Below, in pieces: positions 27,854-36,372 of a DNA stretch of 36,414 bases (positions are counted from its first letter, which is position 1; the number at the start of each line of letters is the position of its first letter). The stretch comes from an uncultured Bacilli bacterium. GTDB lineage: Bacteria > Bacillota_I > Bacilli_A > RF39 > UBA660. A model generated the notes under the pieces. It did no database searches. It was not told the DNA's origin and saw only the letters and a program-made list of their open reading frames with translations. The translations under genes were made by a program, and so were the position numbers. The DNA lies in NCBI GenBank assembly GCA_947627845.1, contig CANQXQ010000003.1, positions 1 through 36,414 on the forward strand, in the 5' to 3' direction.

Positions 27854-28459
27854 GTGATAACTATTAAAAGAGTAGGTATTATTTTAAGAAAGTTTACAGA
27901 AAATAATAAAGAATTTATCGGCTCTCGCTTTGATTTATTTAAAACTTTAAAGAAATATGATGTTAGTGTTTTAGCCATTCCTCAGACTAATTCTTTTTCT
28001 AAAATAAAAGAACTTATTGATCTTTGTGATGGCATTATTTTACCTGGTGGTGATAGTCCTCTTTCTCAAGATTTTTATCTAATTAAGTACTTATATGAAA
28101 AAGATATACCTACTTTAGGTATTTGTTTAGGCATGCAATCAATGGCTAAATATTTTGGTAAACATAAAGAATTATCTATTGAGGGCCACTATAGCTTCCA
28201 AGATTATGTTCATGAAGTTAATATTAAAAAAGATAGTCTGTTATATAAAATAATTCAAAAAGAAACAATATTAGTTAATTCTAGACATCATAGTTATATA
28301 CCCAAGACTAATCTAAAAGTAAATGCAACTTATAATAATATTATAGAGGGAGTAGAGGATCCCACCAAAAAATTCTTTTTAGGCTTAGAGTGGCATCCTG
28401 AAAGTTTAAATGATATAAATAGTAAAAAAATATTTGCTTATTTTTTAAATATTCTTTAG
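27854..28459 (+). CDS. peptidase C26 / gamma-glutamyl-gamma-aminobutyrate hydrolase-like class I glutamine amidotransferase
   Basis: DGIILPGG, LGICLGMQ (Cys), VNSRHH and WHPE (His-x-Glu); start uncertain (GTG 27854 or ATT 27863). Confidence 0.88.
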   Translation: MITIKRVGIILRKFTENNKEFIGSRFDLFKTLKKYDVSVLAIPQTNSFSKIKELIDLCDGIILPGGDSPLSQDFYLIKYLYEKDIPTLGICLGMQSMAKYFGKHKELSIEGHYSFQDYVHEVNIKKDSLLYKIIQKETILVNSRHHSYIPKTNLKVNATYNNIIEGVEDPTKKFFLGLEWHPESLNDINSKKIFAYFLNIL

Positions 28460-28478
28460 CCTATTTAAAGAATATTTA
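28446..28478. terminator. hairpin/terminator between convergent genes
   Basis: TAAATATTCTTTA-N7-TAAAGAATATTTA perfect inverted repeat. Confidence 0.55.
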
Positions 28479-28517
28479 GGATTTTTAAATAAAAGAAAAA
28501 TAAAAAAGTAACTTTCG

Positions 28518-29252
28518 TTACTTATTATCATAAAAGCTTTTGATAGCTACTAAAATTCTCTTAATATTTTCTTCTTTAAAAGGTTTATTTAAAACATCTA
28601 AAATAGGGTAAGTGAAAGCTTTCTTTATAGTTTCTTCGGTATCATCACCAGTAATAATTATAACTGGTACTTTATCAAATAAATCATTTTCTTTCATATA
28701 ATCTAAAACATCAAACCCATTCATCCCAGGCATATTTAAATCAAGTAATATCGCATATATATCTTCTTTAAGATTAGTTATGGCTTCATTTCCATTATTC
28801 GCTCTAATTATGCTATATTCTTCACTAATATTTTTTTCAATAAAATTAAGCATAATATTGGAATCATCCGCGATAATTATTCTTTTTTTATTTTCTCCCT
28901 CAAAATAAGTATTAAGTAAATCTTTAATCTTATTTAAAGTACTTTTTAAATTTTCAAAATTACTAGTAATAAATTCTTGATTTTTTTCTTTACCCGCCAT
29001 TTCATGTTGTAAAAATATTTCGGCATCATTCATAAAACCTAAATATTTAGCTTCACTTTTAGTACTATGAGCCAGAATACCATAATTTTCATAATCATTA
29101 TTATTTTTATAGTATTCTAAATTATTAAGTTTATCAGTTATTGAGTCTCTAAATTCTTTTAAACTATCATTATACGAGTCTAAATCTCCCCAAAACTCCA
29201 TCGCTTCATCTACATGTACCCCATAGTTTTTTAAAATATCAATCTTTTCCAT
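28518..29252 (-). CDS. HPt-receiver fusion protein (no output domain)
   Basis: LAHSTKSEAKYLG HPt motif; ADDS, LLDLNMPGMNG, IITG and KPF receiver motifs; AAGGAGG RBS. Confidence 0.88.
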   Translation of the reverse strand: MEKIDILKNYGVHVDEAMEFWGDLDSYNDSLKEFRDSITDKLNNLEYYKNNNDYENYGILAHSTKSEAKYLGFMNDAEIFLQHEMAGKEKNQEFITSNFENLKSTLNKIKDLLNTYFEGENKKRIIIADDSNIMLNFIEKNISEEYSIIRANNGNEAITNLKEDIYAILLDLNMPGMNGFDVLDYMKENDLFDKVPVIIITGDDTEETIKKAFTYPILDVLNKPFKEENIKRILVAIKSFYDNK

Positions 29253-29264
29253 TCGTAACCTCCT

Positions 29265-31079
29265 TTATTTTAAAAACTTTGTTAACACTTTATTAAGTAA
29301 GTATCTATCAATTGGCTTAGATAAATATTCATCAAATCCGGCACTTTTATATTTTTCGTCTGTTCCCTCAATCGCATCCGCGGTTAAAGCAATCACTGGA
29401 ACATCAAATCCTGGAATTTCTTTTAATTTATTTAAAGCTTCAATTCCATTCATTTTTGGCATCATAATGTCCATTAAGATTAAATCAAAGGTTTGTTTTT
29501 GAGCTTCTTCTAAAGCTTCCATCCCACTTGTAACAGATACTATATCAAACTTATATGGTTTTAAAATATTTTCGGCCACTTTTAAATTAATCTTCGAATC
29601 ATCTACCACTAAAATCTTTTTGCCCTCAAATGCACTATAATCAATTTCTATTTCTTCGGTTTTACTTTCTGGAATTTCCATACTAACAATTTCTTGTTCG
29701 AGATAAATTCTAAAGGTTGAGCCCTCTCCATATTTACTAAAGACATTAACGCGACCACCCATCATTTCAGTTAAGCTTTTAGTAATGGCAAGTCCTAAAC
29801 CTGTACCCTCAATTGTTGTGTTTCGATCTTCATCAATTCTCTCAAATTTATTAAATAATTTATCTATATCTTCTTTTTTAATTCCTCGTCCGGTATCTTT
29901 AACCGAAATATAAAGTAAACTAGTTTTAGTGTCCATTCGATTAATACAATTAATATTAAAGTTTATTTCTCCCTCGTCAGTATATTTAGCGGCATTAGTT
30001 AATAAATTTAATACTATTTGTTTAAGTTTAGCTACATCGCCTTTTAAAACTCCCGGTAAATCCTCTGAATAAGTATATTTAAACTCAATAGGTTTTTCCC
30101 CAATTCTTGGAATTACTAATTTACATAAAGAATTAAATACTTCTCGCGGATTATATTCTTTAGGAATTATTTCCATTTTATTAGCTTCAATTTTTGATAT
30201 ATCAAGTATACCATTAACTATTTCTAATAAGTTATTGGAAGCTTCTACAATATCTTTCGCAAATCCTTTAGTTTCTTCGTTTAAATCATTCCTATCAACT
30301 AAACATTCACTAAATCCCACAATAGCATTAAGTGGAGTTCTAATCTCATGAGACATATTTGATAAGAAATCAGTTTTTGCTTTATTGGCTTTTTCCGCTT
30401 GCTCTTTGGCTAAATTTAATTCTCTAATATGTTTTAAATCAGGGTTTTCAATTGTATGATACATAATAAAGATAATAATAGACTGGAAGAATAGCATTAA
30501 AGTAAGTTTTGGATTAATGTGTTGCACTATAATAAAAACTGTTCCGAGTCCAATATAAACCAAAAGAGGAATGTACTCTTTTTTAATAATTTGTTTAAGA
30601 TTTTTAATTAAGCAATAAAGCATAATTATAATAAAGATAAGCGAACAAATATAATTTATATTAACACTTAAGCCGTAAGTGAAAATACTCGTTTCATCAC
30701 TATATATTTTTATTGGCAAACAAAATATAATTAAGCCTACTAACCATCCAATTATTTTTGAAATTTTAGCTATTTTATTTCCATAGTCTAAATTAAAAGA
30801 TATCAATATAATATAGTAAGTAAATCCTAATCCCCATAGAAAATAAAATACTATATATAATCTTGATATAAATTGATTAATAACATTATCTATTCCTAAA
30901 ATATGAAAAGAAAAATAACCTATAATATCGATTGTTAATCCAATTATTGTCAGAATTAACATTCTCGAAAATATTTTTAATTGTACACTTTTAATATTTT
31001 CCTTTGAACTAAAAACAATAAAAATAATTACTAAAAAGAACAAACTTGCAATTGATAACGCCACACTAAAAGAACCCAT
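29265..31079 (-). CDS. hybrid sensor histidine kinase (about 7-TM sensor, HisKA, HATPase, REC)
   Basis: SHEIRTPLN, NLLTNAAKYT, DTGRGI and GTGLGLAI; C-terminal VVDD, MDIMMP and KPI. Confidence 0.95.
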   Translation of the reverse strand: MGSFSVALSIASLFFLVIIFIVFSSKENIKSVQLKIFSRMLILTIIGLTIDIIGYFSFHILGIDNVINQFISRLYIVFYFLWGLGFTYYIILISFNLDYGNKIAKISKIIGWLVGLIIFCLPIKIYSDETSIFTYGLSVNINYICSLIFIIIMLYCLIKNLKQIIKKEYIPLLVYIGLGTVFIIVQHINPKLTLMLFFQSIIIFIMYHTIENPDLKHIRELNLAKEQAEKANKAKTDFLSNMSHEIRTPLNAIVGFSECLVDRNDLNEETKGFAKDIVEASNNLLEIVNGILDISKIEANKMEIIPKEYNPREVFNSLCKLVIPRIGEKPIEFKYTYSEDLPGVLKGDVAKLKQIVLNLLTNAAKYTDEGEINFNINCINRMDTKTSLLYISVKDTGRGIKKEDIDKLFNKFERIDEDRNTTIEGTGLGLAITKSLTEMMGGRVNVFSKYGEGSTFRIYLEQEIVSMEIPESKTEEIEIDYSAFEGKKILVVDDSKINLKVAENILKPYKFDIVSVTSGMEALEEAQKQTFDLILMDIMMPKMNGIEALNKLKEIPGFDVPVIALTADAIEGTDEKYKSAGFDEYLSKPIDRYLLNKVLTKFLK

Positions 31080-31094
31080 TTTTATCTACCATCC

Positions 31095-32906
31095 TTATCT
31101 ACTCCTTTGTAAACTAACTTCACCATTATTAACATTGGAATAATCAATATTAAATTTTTTAATTATTTCATTTTTAACAACTTTACCACCAATATTTCTT
31201 GGCAAATTATCAGTAAATATCCATTCATAAGGTATTGAAACTTCATCTAAATTATCATAGCATTCATTAATTAAAAACTCTTTTATTTCCTGTTCTTTTC
31301 CCACATACTCCGGTTTTAAAACTATTACTGCGACAGGAACTTCCTGTTCAGTTTTATGAGGAACTCCAAAAACAAATGATTCTTGAACATATTTATAACT
31401 ACTTATAAATTCATTTATTTTATTAGGATGAATATTAAATCCAAATCTCATAAATGTATCGGAAATTCGTTCAGCAAAGAAGAAATGACCTGAATTATCA
31501 CAATAACCTAAATCTTTTGTGTGTAACCAAACTCTACCATCACTATGTTTTATTAAAGCCTGTTTTGTTTCTTCTTCATTATTTAAGTAACCTTTCATTA
31601 AAGTAGGACCTGAAATACAAATTTCTCCAACTGTATTATAAGGTAACTCTTCATCGGTACCTGGTTTAAATATTGCCATATCAGTTAAAGGAAGTGGTGT
31701 TCCAATACTACCAAATTCATATTTACCAATTGGTCCAGTGGCACCTCCCAAACATTCTGTTGAACCATAACCTTGTTTTACATAAATAGCCTTTTCATTA
31801 AGTGTTTTTTCTACATCACTTGGCAATTTAGCTCCACCAGAAATTCCGTTTTTCATTGGCTTTAATGTTCCATTCTTAAATTCTTCACTTCTTGCCATAC
31901 AAATAAAATGAATTGGACCACCTGTAAATTGGGCTGGGTTTGTTTGTACCATCAACTCAGCAATTTTTTCGGTAATCAAATTTGGAATCATAATAACTTG
32001 AGTACCTAAAATAGCTTCATAGTGCATAACAGAAAAGCCATAAGAAATAGATTGAATAAGTATGTCTAAAATTTTATCGCCTTTTTCATAATCAATACCA
32101 GCTAAAAGATGTTGATACGCTTGTGCATTAATACTTTCATTTGTAAATACAGCACCTTTAGGAACTCCAGTTGTACCACTTGTTCCAATTATTGCTGCCA
32201 CTCCATTTTCTTTATAATAAGGATCTCCTAATTTTTCTTTTGCACCTTCTTTTATAAATTCGTTCCAAGTAATAATACTAGAATTATATGGAACAGCTAT
32301 TTTACCAAATGGCGCTTTATCTCCTTTAAGTTTTGCCATCGTATTTACAAAATCTTTTAAATATTTCGAAATCATGCCCGTTCCATCAGTTAAAACTACC
32401 GCATGAATATGGCAATCTTTTAATACTTGAGCATATTTTTCATAAAAACCATTAAACATAACTACTTTATCTATTTCATTTGCTCTTAAAATTTTTTCTA
32501 ATTCTCTAGCCGGCAAACTAGGAAGAATAGGATAACTTGTGCCACCTATATAGTTAAGGCCATATATTGAACATCTAGATTCAGGGACATTAGGTAGAAT
32601 AATTGGTATTATTTCTTCTTTTTTGGTATTTAAAGCTTGAAAACTTTTAGCAATTTTCTTACAACCTTTAATGTATTCATCATAACTGATTTTTAAACCG
32701 CCCTTGTAATTAGCACCTGGTATCCATAATGCTGTATTTTTTCTGTTTTCTCTTGAATATTTTTCTAACATTTGATAAATACTCATATGAATATCTAAAT
32801 GATCTTTATCAAAATCCTTATAAAGATTACTCCAAGGTCTATCTTTACTAGCTAAACCAGTAAGTTCTTTTTTAATTTTTTCTAAATTTTCATTTTCATT
32901 GCCCAT
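31095..32906 (-). CDS. class I adenylate-forming enzyme (long-chain acyl-CoA ligase-like)
   Basis: TSGTTGVPKG P-loop, QGYGSTE, GEICISGPTLMKGY, HTKDLG and LPRNIGGKV motifs; GGGAGGT RBS. Confidence 0.9.
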   Translation of the reverse strand: MGNENENLEKIKKELTGLASKDRPWSNLYKDFDKDHLDIHMSIYQMLEKYSRENRKNTALWIPGANYKGGLKISYDEYIKGCKKIAKSFQALNTKKEEIIPIILPNVPESRCSIYGLNYIGGTSYPILPSLPARELEKILRANEIDKVVMFNGFYEKYAQVLKDCHIHAVVLTDGTGMISKYLKDFVNTMAKLKGDKAPFGKIAVPYNSSIITWNEFIKEGAKEKLGDPYYKENGVAAIIGTSGTTGVPKGAVFTNESINAQAYQHLLAGIDYEKGDKILDILIQSISYGFSVMHYEAILGTQVIMIPNLITEKIAELMVQTNPAQFTGGPIHFICMARSEEFKNGTLKPMKNGISGGAKLPSDVEKTLNEKAIYVKQGYGSTECLGGATGPIGKYEFGSIGTPLPLTDMAIFKPGTDEELPYNTVGEICISGPTLMKGYLNNEEETKQALIKHSDGRVWLHTKDLGYCDNSGHFFFAERISDTFMRFGFNIHPNKINEFISSYKYVQESFVFGVPHKTEQEVPVAVIVLKPEYVGKEQEIKEFLINECYDNLDEVSIPYEWIFTDNLPRNIGGKVVKNEIIKKFNIDYSNVNNGEVSLQRSR

Positions 32907-32930
32907 AAATTAACCTCCCTATTAAACAAT

Positions 32931-32939
32931 ATTGTATCA
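32931..32939 (-). promoter_or_regulatory. extended -10 promoter of the ligase-kinase operon
   Basis: Minus-strand TGATACAAT about 25 nt upstream of the ligase ATG. Confidence 0.5.
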
Positions 32940-33067
32940 TAACTTTAATTAAAATGATATAAATTATTGTTATAAACAATAAATAATTTGAAAAAATAAG
33001 TGAATATTTTCCTTCCAAAAATCTACCCAAACTATATTATATAAATCTTAAAAATGCAACAAATTTA

Positions 33068-33096
33068 TTGCCTCAATGTATCAAATATGATACAAT
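33068..33096 (+). promoter_or_regulatory. promoter with palindromic operator in the spacer
   Basis: TTGCCT-17-TACAAT; TGTATCA-N4-TGATACA at 33077-33094. Confidence 0.75.
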
Positions 33097-33115
33097 TATT
33101 ACGGTGATTTGACGA

Positions 33116-33370
33116 ATGAAATACGATCCTAGTTATGTTGACTACTCCTACGATGGTGAACTTTTAAATGAAATCTTTATAAAAGAATTTATTAGATTTA
33201 GAAAAGAGAATAATTTAACTCAAGATGTCTTTTCTAAATTTTCTAATGTTCCCCGGGAAAAAATTGCCCGGATTGAAAATGGTTCTCATTCTCCGAGTAT
33301 TTTAAGTTTATTAAAAATTCTGGGTCCTATTGGTTATACAATTAAAATTGTTAAAGTAAATAGATACTAA
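33116..33370 (+). CDS. small XRE-family HTH protein (HigA-like antitoxin architecture)
   Basis: RKENNLTQ......VPREKIARIENG.HSPS..SLLKIL...G motif; GGTGA RBS. Confidence 0.8.
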   Translation: MKYDPSYVDYSYDGELLNEIFIKEFIRFRKENNLTQDVFSKFSNVPREKIARIENGSHSPSILSLLKILGPIGYTIKIVKVNRY

Positions 33371-33419
33371 TCATATTCAAAATTAAAAATTTTTGATATA
33401 ATATACTAACGGTGATTAT

Positions 33420-34280
33420 ATGAATAGATATGAAAGTACTAAAAAAGTTAGCTTAATTGGTATGATTAGTAATATTTTTTTACTTATCATTAAATTTATT
33501 GTGGCTACTTTTTCTCATAGTGAAGCTTTACTGGCGGATGCTGTTAATTCGGGAGGCGATATTTTTTCTTCCTTAATGTCTTATATTGGCAATAAAATAG
33601 CGAGCCATCCTAGCGATGAAGATCACAACTTTGGCCATGGTAAAGCCGAGTATATCTTTTCTCTACTTATTGGTATTTCTATGATTTTAGTCGCATCTAA
33701 AGTTTTTTATGATTCTTTAAAATCTATTTTTAATCATAACCAATTTATTTTCTCTATCTATTTAGTTATAGTTTGTATTATTACAATTTTAACTAAATTA
33801 GCTCTCTATTTATATTGTAAAACTAATTATCATAAACACTATAATATTTTACTTAAAGCCACTATGAACGATAATCGTAATGATGCAATTTTAAGTTTTG
33901 GTACATTAGTTTCAGTTATTCTAGGCTTCTTTGGCTACTATTATTTTGATGGTATTATAGGTTCTTTAATTTCTATTTATATTATTTTTACTGGTATTTC
34001 TATCTTTTTAGAAAGTTATAAAATTTTAATGGATGTTTCCCTAGATAAAGAATACACGGATAATATTATTAAATATATTTTAAAAAATAAAGAAATAAAA
34101 AAAGTCACGGATTTTAATACTATTGCGACCGGCTATAAATATATTGCCATCTTAACTATTAATGTTGATGGTAATTTAACTACTTTTAAATCCCATGAAC
34201 TTGCCGATAACTTAGAAAAAGAAATTCCTAATGAATTTCGCAAAATTTATAAAGTAATAATTCATGTAAATCCCATTTAA
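33420..34280 (+). CDS. cation diffusion facilitator (FieF/MntE-like)
   Basis: SEALLADAVNSGGD, D.DHNFGHGKAEY, DNRND and IHVNP motifs. Confidence 0.92.
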   Translation: MNRYESTKKVSLIGMISNIFLLIIKFIVATFSHSEALLADAVNSGGDIFSSLMSYIGNKIASHPSDEDHNFGHGKAEYIFSLLIGISMILVASKVFYDSLKSIFNHNQFIFSIYLVIVCIITILTKLALYLYCKTNYHKHYNILLKATMNDNRNDAILSFGTLVSVILGFFGYYYFDGIIGSLISIYIIFTGISIFLESYKILMDVSLDKEYTDNIIKYILKNKEIKKVTDFNTIATGYKYIAILTINVDGNLTTFKSHELADNLEKEIPNEFRKIYKVIIHVNPI

Positions 34281-34319
34281 TAATTTTTAAAACTTTGTTA
34301 TAATTAATTTGGTGATAAT

Positions 34320-35813
34320 ATGACCAAAAATAAACTTAATAATATTTTAAGTAATATTATTATAATTATTATAATTTTAATTGGCGCATCCATGTTAATT
34401 ATGCGATTTACGCAAAATGATATTTTTTTTGATCTTAAAACTGGTCAAAATCTTTTTAAATATGGCTTAGATTTTAAAGATCATTTTTCTTTTATACCCA
34501 ATTTAACTTATCTATATCATCATTATTTATATGATATATTAATCTCTCAAATATATTCTTATACAAACTTTTATGGTATATTTATTTTTTTCTTACTTAT
34601 CTATTCTTTATTAGGCCTTATTGTTTATAAAATAACTAATAATTATTCTCAAAATAAATTAATATCTTTATTTATATCTTTAATTACTATGTATTTATTA
34701 AAATCATATTATAGTGATCGGGTTCAAGCAGTTACTTATATCCTATTTTTTTTAGAAATTTATTATCTAATTAAATTATATAATACTGGTAATAAAAAAT
34801 ATTCTTTTATCTTAATCTTATTATCTATTTTAATTGTTAATTTACATATGCCTTTATGGATTTTTACTTTAGTTTTATGTTTACCATTTTTAGCTGAAAT
34901 AGTTTTAATCCCTTTAATTAATAAAATAAAATTTCTAAAAAATCATCTCTCCAATAAAATTATTTTTACTAAACCCCAAAATTCTAAAATATTTATTCTA
35001 ACTTTTATTTTATTATTATTAAGTGGTTTATGCTCACCTTTTAAATTAAATCCTTATACTTTTTTTATTAAAGCTTTTAATAATAGTTCTTATAGCTTTA
35101 TTATGGAAATGCAACCAACCATTTTAATTCATGAACCTAAACTTTTAATTATCTTGGGTCTAACAATTATTTTATTTATGTTTAAAACTAAAATAAAATT
35201 CTCTGATTTAGCTCTACTTTTAGGTTTATTTGTTTTTTCTTTAATCGCGCATCGTAATATTGCTTATGTTTATCTTTTTTACCCCTTGATATTAATTAAA
35301 ATCTTTTTCGAAAATTATTCTTTACCTAAATTTCCTGAAATAAAAAATATTACTAAATATCTAAACATTAATGTTCTTTATTTCATAACAGCCATTTGTT
35401 TACTAATCTGTTATATCTTATCTTTTAGTCTTTTAAAAGATTTTGACTATAAAGTTAAAGATACTTACCCTGATGAAATAGTAAACTATATTAAAAATAA
35501 TTTAGATTATTCTCATTTAAAATTCTATTGTGACTTTAATTATGGCTCTTATCTAGCTTTATATGATATTCCCATTTTTATTGACTCTCGAGCCGAAGTT
35601 TATATTAAAGAATTTAATGGGGGAGAGGACATAATAAAAGATTATTTAATTTCAACTGGTATGAACTATAAAGAAATATTTGAAAAATATCAATTTGATT
35701 ATGCCATAGTCTATTATAATAATGATTTATACCATTATTTAGAACAAGATGCAGATTTCGAATTAATTTATAATGAAGATAATATGTATGCCTTATTTGA
35801 ATGCAATCTATAA
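34320..35813 (+). CDS. polytopic membrane protein, GT-C-fold glycosyltransferase-like
   Basis: ND after TM1 (QNDIFFDLKTG), R.Q, VNLH, NPY..F and FNYGSYL..FIDSRAEVY; more than 10 TMs. Confidence 0.55.
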   Translation: MTKNKLNNILSNIIIIIIILIGASMLIMRFTQNDIFFDLKTGQNLFKYGLDFKDHFSFIPNLTYLYHHYLYDILISQIYSYTNFYGIFIFFLLIYSLLGLIVYKITNNYSQNKLISLFISLITMYLLKSYYSDRVQAVTYILFFLEIYYLIKLYNTGNKKYSFILILLSILIVNLHMPLWIFTLVLCLPFLAEIVLIPLINKIKFLKNHLSNKIIFTKPQNSKIFILTFILLLLSGLCSPFKLNPYTFFIKAFNNSSYSFIMEMQPTILIHEPKLLIILGLTIILFMFKTKIKFSDLALLLGLFVFSLIAHRNIAYVYLFYPLILIKIFFENYSLPKFPEIKNITKYLNINVLYFITAICLLICYILSFSLLKDFDYKVKDTYPDEIVNYIKNNLDYSHLKFYCDFNYGSYLALYDIPIFIDSRAEVYIKEFNGGEDIIKDYLISTGMNYKEIFEKYQFDYAIVYYNNDLYHYLEQDADFELIYNEDNMYALFECNL

Positions 35814-35818
35814 GTTAA

Positions 35819-36271
35819 TTATTTTAAATATTTAGGACTATCAATTCTTCCTAATATATAATCCGCGGAAACTCTATATTTTTTACATATTTCATATAAA
35901 AAAGATGTGGAAATTAAATATCTACCTCGCTCATAATCCGCAATAACTGAATGTGTAGTATTTAAAATCGCTGCTAATTTAATTTGAGTAAGTTTATTTT
36001 CTTTTCTAAACTCTTTTAATCTCAATCTCACTAAATTTTTAGTATAATGTGTACCAAGACCATTATACTTTTTAGTATTTGTAAAATTAAAAATATAGTC
36101 AAGGGACACTTTAAAATAGTCACATATTTTTATTAAATGTTTCAAAGGAATAATTGTGTATTCTGTTTCATATTGGTTATAAGTTCCACTATAAATATTT
36201 AAAATATTAGCTATTTCATATTGCTTTATATTTTTACTTTCTCTTAATTCTATTATTCTTTTATTATACAT
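35819..36271 (-). CDS. tandem (double) XRE-family HTH regulator
   Basis: Two XRE repeats, ending VSLDYIF and VSADYILG. Confidence 0.88.
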   Translation of the reverse strand: MYNKRIIELRESKNIKQYEIANILNIYSGTYNQYETEYTIIPLKHLIKICDYFKVSLDYIFNFTNTKKYNGLGTHYTKNLVRLRLKEFRKENKLTQIKLAAILNTTHSVIADYERGRYLISTSFLYEICKKYRVSADYILGRIDSPKYLK

Positions 36272-36313
36272 TTATATCCACCAATACAATTGTCTCATAA
36301 AAAAATACATAAA

Positions 36314-36372
36314 ATATTTTCTCCTAAAATGCCGACATTTTTCTTGACTTTAACTATAGGAGAATATATAAT
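36314..36372 (+). promoter_or_regulatory. divergent control region: consensus promoter for an off-window gene plus operator-like inverted repeats
   Basis: TTGACT (36344-36349)-17-TATAAT (36367-36372); TTCTCCTA (36319-36326)/TAGGAGAA (36357-36364); AAAATG-CCGA-CATTTT (36326-36341). Confidence 0.65.

Noticed and set aside
31095-32906. Ligase as part of an NRPS/PKS cluster or a bile-acid (bai) operon
   Set aside because: No carrier protein, condensation, ketosynthase or bai dehydrogenase genes in the window; bsh is about 28 kb away
32964-32982. TTATTGTT-ATA-AACAATAA palindrome
   Set aside because: Almost all A/T and not placed at a promoter element I can define; plausible by chance
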